Shown here: one piece after another, positions 30,901 through 42,400 of the stretch | Numbering within the stretch: the first letter of the stretch is position 1 | Layout of the letters: the number at the start of each line of letters is the position of its first letter | Source: Chrysomallon squamiferum | Lineage: Eukaryota > Animalia > Mollusca | Length of the DNA stretch: 64,000 nucleotides | Assembly (NCBI GenBank): GCA_012295275.1 | Contig: CM022673.1 | Span: forward strand, 24,924,001 to 24,988,000 | Direction: 5' to 3' | The notes under the pieces: generated by a model | Databases searched by the model: none | Told to the model about the DNA's origin: nothing | What the model saw: the letters and a program-made list of their open reading frames with translations, nothing else | Program-made: the position numbers and the translations under genes

Positions 30901-32869
30901 GTTTTGACCTTTATGTAGATACCCTTTTACTGTTTGACCTTTATGTACTGTTGATACCCCCTTTTACTGTTTTACTGTTCTGTTGATACCTTTTTACTGT
31001 CTAGCTGTACTGTTGATACCTATATATCACAATTAGTCCAACTACTTTTTATTTCACTGATAATTGTACATCCCAAGATCATTGTCCAAACTTTTTACAT
31101 AGTTCATTGTTCATTGTCAATTACTGATTGTTTTAGTTACTCTTGTGCCAGGGAAATATTATTTTTACATTTATTTAGCTTTTTGTTTCTTTCTTAAAAT
31201 ACATTTGCAGTGCTATTGAAAACTTTTGTTTTACTTTTTTTTTTAATAAAATTTATTTCCAAGTATTGTTTCATAACTTCAGCCTAAACTTTACTAATAA
31301 TAAAAGATGATACTAATATAAGGAATGTATATTTCTTCAAGGATTCTATTTTAACTTCATTTTACCATGAAAAAGAGGTAGACTGATAAATATGGCAAAT
31401 TTGTCAGTTGTTCTATTTGAAATGAAAAATTGTTAATGAATAAGAGAAAAGGAAAAACTCAGTTTGAATGGATTTGTTGTAGTACTTCTTTATTTTATTA
31501 TTAGCAAAGTTTGAGATGTAAAAAAACATTAGAATAATCTCACATAATTTTAATTTTTATGTTTTTCTAATTTTATTCATGGATGTAAAATGAATCATAG
31601 TTATTAAAAAATAAAAAATCAGGTATTTGGTAACACATATTAGTTTTCACTTTTACTTTTACCATCTCTTTATAATAACTGTCATGAAGAAAACATTTAA
31701 TACTTTTTAAATTGTCCTTCCTTCAAGTAAAATACCAGAGGACATTTAAAGAGTTGTTTGCTGAGATCCAGTTTGTCTGTTTCAGGATACGCCAGTCACA
31801 ATCCTGCTTCGAATCGCCATTCTCTCAGTTTCGCACCGATGACTTCAGGAGCTGGTGGTGGCCCCCCATCCCTGGACCCCGCCTACCAGCGGTCTCCTAG
31901 TTACCGCATCACCCCCGAGAGAGAGGCGAACCGGTCGAGGAGCACCACCCCCCAGCCGGGCGACTTCGAAACCAAGTACACCCCCCCAATGTTTGTTGCT
32001 TTGCTTTGTATACTCGGCTTGCTGCCTTTAGATTAACAACTCATTTCTAGTTTAACAACTCATTTCTAGTTTAACATGGAATTCAGTGAATGAAGCTAGA
32101 TTCATTAGAAATAGAAATTCTCAAACAAAAAATTAATCTGTGATAAATAAATAAATATATAAATATTAAATTAACTACTTATCTAAGTAGATAACTATTG
32201 GAACAAAACTGTATCAACAAAAGAAACAAGTCTAAAAAAAAATTAAATAAAATGGATATGACTTTCTTCAGTCATCTCATTTATATTTCATCTTTTAAAA
32301 AAAAAAAAAAAAAAAAAAATTCCCGCCTGATCTTCCATGTTTTTTTATTATAAGTAGGTTCCACTGATATAAATTAATTAATTTGTAGAAATACTGATAA
32401 AACAACCACTACTAACACTGTCTGAATTAACAAACTCGCTGGTTTTGGGTTTGTTTTAACGTGGAATGTAACCTCGGTAATTAGTTGTATTAATTACCTA
32501 ACAGTGGATGAATCACTGTTAATGACAGGTATTGAAAATTAGTGACGACTTAACAGAGCTGTTTGGTTTTCTGATAGACTGCTACCTGGTTACAGCTTTG
32601 TAGTGTGGTGTGGGCTAGCTAGCTCAGATCTGCAGTTTTTCAGTGTTTATTACCTGACTCTGGGAACTGGGTGCTTTAGTTTTTACGTTTTATGATTTGA
32701 AATCTATGAATCTTGTATCAGGTAGAAATTTGTTTTGTTTTTTAAATTTACTATTATTGTTATTATTATTACTATTACTATTATTATTATTGTTGTTGTT
32801 ATTTTTATTGTTATTGTTATTATTATTAATATTATTATTCTATTATTATTATTACTATTATTATTATCA

Positions 32870-32904
<35 letters not shown>

Positions 32905-33392
32905 GTTATTATTAATATTATTAATATTATTATTATTATTCTATTTTTATTATTATTATTATTATTAGTTCATTCAGTGGTATTTGATTTCCAACCTGTG
33001 CCTGCAAATGGCCAATCTAAAATCTGCAGCATGTGCTTTTCTTTTTGTGGGAAGAAACTTTGAGAATATTCAGATATTTAGATATTTAGACTAAGTCAAA
33101 AGAGTAGCTCATGATGAAATAGTAGCAGTTTTCTCAACATATCATTATGCATACAAAATGCATTAAAAATAACAATAGTAAACTATGTCACCATGCAGTC
33201 ATTCATTTATATTTTGTTATCATTACTATTATCATTATTACCGTTATTGTTATTAATAACAATATCAGCATTATCAATGTCATGACGATTACACTGTCTA
33301 CATCATCCTGATTATTATAATTTTTTATATAATTGTTATTATTATTATTATCATCATCATGTTATTATTATTAGTAGTTAGTAGTATTATTA

Positions 33393-33449
<57 letters not shown>

Positions 33450-36400
33450 CATCATTACCATTATTATTATTGTCATTATTATCATCATCGTTATCATTAT
33501 TATTTATTATTATCATATTATTATCATCACTATTGTTATTGTTATTATCATTATTGTATTATTTCAGAAAGCGTATTGACCAGATGGAGGCCCAGCTAGC
33601 CAGTCTCACTGCCTGGGTTCACAAATCTGTGACAGACAAACCAGACAGGACAGACGGACAGAAGAGTGGCAGTACGTCCGAGGGCGACTCGTACTCCACG
33701 TCTAGCAGTGAGTTTACCTATCTGTATATAGAGGTGTCTGTTTTAGACAGGTCAGCTGGAAGGGGAAGTGTGAGGTTGTTGCCTAACGTCAGCCAAACTA
33801 ACCAATCTGTCTGTGACAGCGTAATCGTTACTGCTCGCGTAATTAACTCGTTATGTCAGGTTAATTACAGGTGTACGTTCGTTTCAAAGGTGTTCTCAGT
33901 ACGAGATGTGACTTTATTTCTTCACCCCCCCATGTCAATGTATGATTTTTATATGTAGAGTTTTGAAGTATACTTCAAACCCAACAGATCAATGGTTTTT
34001 TTTTTTATTTTTTTTATTTTGCTTTTTATTTGATTTGATTTGATTTATTTTTATCATTTCATTATTTTTTTTTTTTTTTTACTTCATTTCATTTTATATT
34101 ATTTTTGTTTTTTAATTTAATTTATTTTATTTTACTTTATTTTTTTATTTTATTTTATTTTATTTTATTTTATTTTATTTCATTTTATTTTATTTTTGTT
34201 TTTTAATTTAATTTTATTTAATTTTATTTTACTTTATTTTATTTTATTTTATTTTATTTTATTTTATTATTTATATAGTTATTTATATATTTTTTTATTA
34301 TCTATATTTATTTTATTTTTTCAGTAAATATAATCTTGTAACTTCCAGCTAACCTGTTCTTTAATTATTTAAAATAATCATTTTAAACAATTTTGTTATT
34401 TAATCTTTACTTTACTTTATTTAAATTTAAAGCTTAGAGCATTTTAAGTTACTTTCAGCTATTTATCCCACTATAGAAAAAGTGCAGATAAAAAAACTAT
34501 TGAAAAAACAGTTCCTAAGCTTTACTAATTATAAGCATAAGGGTGTTAACTATGGAGGTACATAGGTCATTAGTACAGCTAATTAAAATAAATAATTTTA
34601 ACCGTTCAGTATTGGGTTAGTAATTGTTTAGAGGAACAACTGAGAATGTAGGTACATTAGCCATGTTTTGAGAAAAAACTAAATATTTGTTGATTTTAAT
34701 TATTCATTAGAGGAAATTAATCATTTAAAAAGGTCGTTAACCATACACATGATTTAATTTTATAGCACATTTAATTTTTATTTTACTTTACGGTTTGTTA
34801 AGGCAAAAACCATACTGAAGCTTCAAAAATTTTAAACACAATTATTTTTATTACCTAGATATTAAGTATTTAAATAAAAAAGTATACTTACATACTTACA
34901 TGATATTGTATTTATGTTACATAGGTTATTAATAAAACTATTTAAATAAAAAAGATACTAACATATTTACATAATACTATATTTTTATTACATAGTTATC
35001 AAGTATTCAAATAAAAAGATACTGCCATACTTACATGATAATATATTTATATTACATAGTTATCTAGTATTTAAATAAATATTACCATACTTACTTGATA
35101 ATATATTTATATTACATAAGTCTTTGGTAGAAATACTTAAATGAAAAGATACTAATGTACTATATTTATATTACTTAGTTTATTAGTAGAACTGTTTAAA
35201 TATGAGGATATGAACTGTACACATGTGACATATGTAGTTTATAACATGTTTCAGCACTGGGTGTTGAGAGAAAGGTGGTCGTGACAGGTACAAGTTTGCT
35301 CTGCATGCTTACATCTTCACAGTCTGCTTAGACAGTCTCGCATAATGCTTTGTGGTTGAGGGTTTCAGTTAATTCCCATTCTAACTTGAACTGCATTTCG
35401 TTTTCAAACAGATATTAATTACGTCAAAAGCATCGAAGCTTAACTATTTCTTAAATTACTATTTGCAGTAGTAATAGTTTTCTTAAAGGATCTTTCTTTA
35501 TTTTTTTTTTTTTTTAAATTATTAATATATTTAATTACTTCTGGAATTGTTTTTGGATTTATTAAATGGATCAGAATGTTCTGTTATTTATTTCTTCTAG
35601 TGTTATTACTTAAGTGGGAACTTTATAAAGAAATGCCCATAGCAAGTGTTAATACTAGTTTTACTACTGCTAGTTCAGTTCAAGTGAAAGTTAAACTGTT
35701 TGCATGAAGACATTCAATAACATTGCCTCAGTAAACTTACCAATCTGCTCTCAAAGGTCTCTAGCTTGATTTTACCAAGCTGCTATGTTCTGGATGTCTT
35801 TCAGTACACAACAAATTCAAGCTTGTTACAATTAATCATGTATTTTACAGTAATACTTTAACACTATTAAATATATTCATCTTCAGAATAACCTACAAAT
35901 GTTCAATAAACAGTAATGCCTCAAGTTTTCTTCTGTTTTTAAATTCTGCCATATGTTCTCATTTCCAAGTATTTAAGGAAATGTTTTTTAACATAAGCTG
36001 AAATACAGCCAATGTTAGGTTTATTGTTTAATATTTAATACAATAAACACATATAAACTTAGCATCTTTATATAGTTATATATATATTGAAAGAAACTAG
36101 TTATATAAAACATTATTTTGATAAATGTACAACAGAAAAATTTCAAACCAAAATAAAGAGAGCTGTAAAAATATTAATAAAACCTGTGAGTTAAAACATT
36201 GTAGATAACATTTGGATTAACCTTCACCTTTTTGTTTCTTTGTTTCTTTTTTTGTTTTTTTTTGTTTTATTTTGTTTTAATTTGTTTGGTTTGTGAGTTT
36301 TCAGTTTGAATCAAATACATTTTCAATTAGTTTTCTTCTACATTAGTTTATAATGCTCTTGTTTATTTAAGTTCAGTTTATTTACATTTAATCTAAAACT

Positions 36401-39400
36401 GTCTTTTTTACAATCTTTTGTTTCTGTTTTCTTTAAAATTCTATATAAAACTCTTTTATCCATAACTGTTAATAAAAACCCAAACAGGTTACATTCAGCA
36501 ATAGCAAATATAAAATAAATAAGAGAAGAAACATGTAAATGTTTGATTTTTTTACAAATAATCATAGTATCACTCTTAAATATAAGAAATAGTGTCAAAT
36601 ATGTTTTCACCAATAAATTACTTTAATATATATATATATTTTCTTTCTCTTACAATGCAGTTTAAAGAATTGTTTATTTTTAATTTCAGGTATGTCAGAC
36701 ATTCCTGTGTCCTCCTCGGAGCAGTGTGTGGTGGTTTCCAAGGAGATGAAGGCATGCATGTTGGCCATCAAGAAGAAGACGACGGAGCTTCGAGCAGACC
36801 TGCGTAGTCTCAGACGCATGCACCAGTTCAACAAAGAAGTCTGTCGCTGAGACGATGTACAACGTCCTCAAGCAGATCAAGGTATTTTAACTTAGCGAGA
36901 AATCAACAAAACCTTCCGTTATTAACTCTTTTGTGTATCGTGGTTTGTTAAAGAAGATCCCCCAGACATAATGTGAAATATTCTTAAATAATTTTGCAAA
37001 AGTGTACAAAGTTTGTCTAAATTTATTTTATCATTCCTGTATTTTTTATTATTATTATTATTCTCCGTAATTTGTTGATGTGTAAGCAGCATTAAAAATT
37101 TTGAAATGTGAAAGCTGAAGGTGAATTTTCAAATACAGGATTTAAAAAAAATAGCTCAGTCAGTGAAGAATGTTTGTAGAGTACTTTCATGGAAATTATA
37201 AAATGCTGCTTGCTAACTTACTCATTTCACAAACAAACTGGTAACTGATAAACAGATTACAACATAACCTCTTGTTTGTTATTTCTACTCAAGCCTTTTC
37301 AAATCTGTAACTGTTTTATCATGTCCTGTGTAGCTCTTTCTTACTGTCCTGTTTCTGAATTTGTATACAACAGATTTTTCAAATTTTTTTTTTTCAGGAT
37401 GTTCTTTCCAGTGTCCCAAGTGCTAACAGCCAAGTTCTACGACAGCATCGTACTGACCTGGACACACATCAACACGAATACGTTGAATGTAGATCCAAAA
37501 TCGGCAAAGAACTCTCGTAAGTGGAAAAAAAATTTAAAAACTCAATGTCACCTAATTACTGGTTTAATTTTTAATTTCCAGACTAAACACATTTTAAACA
37601 GGCAAAGTTAGATAACCAAGCAGATTTTCATTGTGTTGTAAGTAACATAAATAATAAAATTTAAAAATAAATAAGATAAGCAAGATGCATTGTCAACCAT
37701 AAACTTGACGAGCATTCTAGTTGAACTAGAACTTGACAAGCATTCAACCAGAACTTGACAAGCATTCAACCAGAACTTGACAAGCATTCAACCAGAACTT
37801 GACAAACATTCAACCAGAACTTGACAAACATTCATCTATAACTTGACAAACATTCATCTATAACTTGACAAACATTCAACTAGAACTTGACAAACATTCA
37901 TCTATAACTTGACGAGCATTCAACCAGAACTTGACGAGCATTCAACTAGAACTTGACAAACATTCAACTAGAACTTGACGAGCATTCAACCAGAACTTGA
38001 CGAGCATTCAACTAGAACTTGACAAACATTCATCTATAACTTGACAAACATTCATCTATAACTTGACAAGCATTCAACTAGAACTTGACGAACATTCAAC
38101 CAGAACTTGACGAGCATTCAACTAGAACTTGACAAGCATTCAACTAGAACTGACAAGCAGTTAACTAGGACCTGACAAGCATTGAACTAAGACCTTACAA
38201 GCAGTTAACTAAGATTTGATCTGCATTTAAGTAGAACTTGCCAAGCAGAAATAAGAGATGTGACCAACAAATTAATGTTATAAAGGAAGAGTGCAAAACC
38301 ATTTTTTTTGTATATATTCTTAAATACTAACTTGAAACGAAACTTTGTACATTTTTCCAAGTTTTTCTTTTCTTTAATATTTCTGAAAAAAACAAAAAGT
38401 CACTTTATATTTGTATTTACATTGTAAAGTTATTTTCATTCAGTGACCTGGAAGCTAACGTTGAAGAGTTGAGGTCAGACGTGATTTCTCGTCAGTGTCG
38501 CGTCAACATGTCTGACGTCGAGGGCATGGCTCTCGTCCTCAGCAACATCACCAAGGCTCTTGCTGAACTGAAAGGTAGGAAACATCGTCATCATCAATAT
38601 TCTCTACAGATGTTTTACAGTCATTATCCATGTTAAAATACAAGCCCTCACATGTCTTGGTTACGGATTACTTGAGAGTAAAGCAGATTGTGGGCAGTTC
38701 CAGTTTCTAAGAGGACATTAACCTGCAAAAGTTTTGGAGTCGTTACTTTAGAGTTTAAGTTCTTTTGCTGTACTTGTACTTATTTTATCAAATCTTTTAT
38801 CTTCATGTTTTTCTCATGTTCATTATGTACATTTTCTTTTGCCTGTTTATATGTTAATGTGATAATGAATATAAATTGTTAACCTTGTGTATTGAAAATA
38901 GCCTCGGTTGACTTCTGTCCTTCGGTCTAAAACTTTAGTACACCTTTTATCTGAAATTATCATTTTATTGGTTATTTTAGGGGTACTTTCTAGAATAATT
39001 ACTACTAATTAAAAAATTAGTTGTTACAGCTTTTAAAGATTTGTTGTTTTTTTTTGTTTGTTTTTTAATTGCATATGTGTTAATTTTTTGTTGTTGTGTA
39101 TTTCAGGTACTTTCCCATCTCTGCAGGAGAACATGAAGAAAGTGATGGCAGGGGAAATGGAAATTGTTGTTAATGAAGAAAAGTAAGTTACAAATGAAAA
39201 ACTTTGTTAGATAAAAATCGGATTGTAATATAGATTACTTGTGTCAGTGACTCTCAAAGTGATATAATAATATTTCATTGATTTCAGTGTTTTATTACAC
39301 ATAAGTTTGTCAAGGTTTTGCAAGTTAAAAAAATAGTTTATGAAATATCAGCAATAAAAATGTATACTGTTGGTATGACATTAATAAAAGTAAAGTGGGT

Positions 39401-42400
39401 TTTGAAATCTACTGAAAAGAAAAGACCATCTTTTTAATTTACCTTTGACAAAAAATGTAGATGATTATAATATATCTGAAAATTCTGTTTAGAACTGTGT
39501 GGTGTTGTGAATTTTAAGGATTCATTTTGTTGTTGTTTTGATTTCAGGTTTCTGAAAGAGGAACCAGAGAGAATAGAAGCAGAGCTGAAGAGATGTAAAA
39601 AACTGACAGGAACTCTGTACACACTAAAGAGGTAGACAATGTTAACTAACATTCAGCAAGATGTAGTTCTGATTTTTAATGTAAACCCCCCCCACTAAAT
39701 ACATGTTACATACATTACAGTGTAAATCTGTGTTAGTAAGTTAGACATCCATATGTTAGTATGTTAGACATCCATGTGTTAGTAAGTTAGACATCCATAT
39801 GTTAGTATGTTAGACATCCATGTGTTAGTAAGTTAGACATCCATATGTTAGTATGTTAGACATCCATGTGTTAGTAAGTTAGACATCCATATGTTAGTAT
39901 GTTAGACATCCATGTGTTAGTAAGTTAGACATCCATATGTTAGTATGTTAGACATCCATGTGTTAGTAAGTTAGACATCCGTGTGTTAGTAAATTAGACA
40001 TCCATATGTTAGTACGTTAGACATCTATGTGTTAGTAAGTTAGACATCTGTGTGTTAGTATGTTAGACATCCATGTGTTAGTAAGTTAGACATCCATGTT
40101 AGTATGTTAGACATCCATGTGTTAGTAAGTTAGACATCCATGTTAGTATGTTAGACATCCGTGTGTTAGTAAGTTAGACATCTGTGTGTTAGTATGTTAG
40201 ACATCCGTGTGTTAGTAAGTTAGACATCCATGTTAGTATGTTAGACATCCATGTGTTAGTAAGTTAGACATCCATGTTAGTATGTTAGACATCCGTGTGT
40301 TAGTAAGTTAGACATCTGTGTGTTAGTATGTTAGACATCCATGTGTTAGTAAGTTAGACATCCATGTGTTAGTAAGTTAGACATCTGTGTGTTAATGTTA
40401 GACATCCATGTGTTAGTTAGACATCTGTGTGTTAGTAAGTTAGACATCTGTGTGTTAATATGTTAGACATCCATGTGTTAGTAAGTTAGACATCTGTGTG
40501 TTAGTATGTTAGACATCTGTGTGTTAGTATGTTAGACATCTGTGTGTTAATATGTTAGACATCTGTGTGTTAGTAAGTTAGACATCTGTGTTAATGTTAG
40601 ACATCTGTGTGTTAGTAAGTTAGACATCTGTGTGTTAATGTTAGACATCCATGTGTTAGCATGTTAGACATCTGTGTGTTAGTATGTTAGACATCTGTGT
40701 GTTAGCAAGTTAGACATCTGTGTGTTAGCAAGTTATACATTCATGTTTTTCTTTTTCTCAGACTTGCCTCGGTTCAGGAACATCGGCGTCCTCAGGTGCC
40801 TGCCATTGCCACGAGCTGCGTTGAACCCAGTGAAGACGACAAACAACTTGTCCTGGAACACATCCGCTCCATGGTTCCTGACCACGACTCCAGACTGCAG
40901 AGACTTGAGGTTAGTGAATACACAGGGCGTCCCATACATTTCCATACATACGGTTTCAGCTCAAGCAATGTATCACCAATGCCATTACAAGTATAACTGC
41001 ACCTGTGCTTGAGGACATGCATTGAAATGTGTTTTCAACATAATGGCAGTCATGTAGAGCATACTATATAAATAAACATAGTTTTTCATATAAAAACGTT
41101 TATTTTTCCTATGTATGCAATTTTATGGATTATATATGTTTTGCCTTGCATTTTAAGTAATATCTTTTATTGCGATTTTGGTTTAGAAATGAATGAATCA
41201 ATCTGTTACAATTCTAAATATTCCTATGTGCATATTTTATATTTCTCAGCAATTGGAATGAAAGGAAAGATACATATTTCAGAATTTCAGATCTGAACAT
41301 TTATTAATTTCCTTTTATGATATCCGCAATCTTTTATTATATATATTATATATTTCAGAAAATAATTGTTAAAAATGGATAAAAATGTATTGAAATTCAG
41401 AAATATAAATATTCAAGAGATATTTATATCAAAATACATAGCATTTTCAAGTGTATTTGTATAGTTTTCTGATGTTGATCTAAAAATACAGTGATATGTT
41501 AATGAAAACTATTATAAAAGATCTGTGGTGTTAATATACTGAAATGTTTGTGTTTCAGGCTGCAGAGACTTCTCGTGAAAGGAAGAAGAAGATCGTGGGT
41601 CAGCAAGAAGCTCTGAAGATGGGAAAGTCTCTGGAACTGGCAACTAAAGCTCTGAAACCAATGATAGAAGGATCAGGATCAGGATCTGGTTCATCATCTG
41701 AGAATGTGTCAGAGCCTCAAGGAAAGGATGCAGAGAAAGCAAACAGTGCGAGGCAGGGGGAGTCCGGCGACGGACTCGTGTATGAAGTGATAGACAGTAA
41801 AGAGGTGAAGAAAGATGCTAACGTGAGTCTACACGACAGCAAGGAATCAGCCAGAGCAGCTTTCTTCAACACTCTGTCTCCTCCAGTGTCTCCTCGTGAC
41901 CCTTCTCTGTACAGGACCACCATGGACTACACGGTGCGCATCTCACCTGCTAAGACTGTCTTCTGCTCAGACTCCAACACTGTGTTCACCTCCAGTGTAT
42001 CGCCCACGTCTGTCACGTCGACAGCTTTGAACTTGAAGTCAAACAGCTCGAGTGCAGCACAAGACAAACGAGGTAACATAGAGGGTGGGGTTGCTAAGTC
42101 TGCTGATGTCTCTCCTACAAGAACTAAGTCTGCTTTCTCCAGCATTCCTCAGAGAACCAACAAAACTGGTTCCTCTCTGACCTCAGGGCCAGTGCCAGGG
42201 ACACAGGACAAGATCTCACCCACTCATTCTGGAAGGAAGGACGATGGAAAACAGAAGAAAATTCCACCCCCACCCCCACCACGTAAAAGCAGTCGGTTAC
42301 CCACTGCCAGTGTAGCGGGCTCTGGCCCAGGAGTCATGAACGGCTCTGCTGTCTCCCCCGTACGCCCCGTCTCCCCCAAAGTCTCCCCAACGTCAGATGG

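Noticed and set aside
11993-33516. Low-complexity ORFs (poly-I, poly-L, HT/CV, YLFI)
   Set aside because: They are translations of microsatellites with no coding signature
33708-33958. ORF continuing past the donor at 33707 as an alternative terminal exon
   Set aside because: A strong GTGAGT donor gives phase-correct downstream joining, and the read-through peptide has no recognisable features
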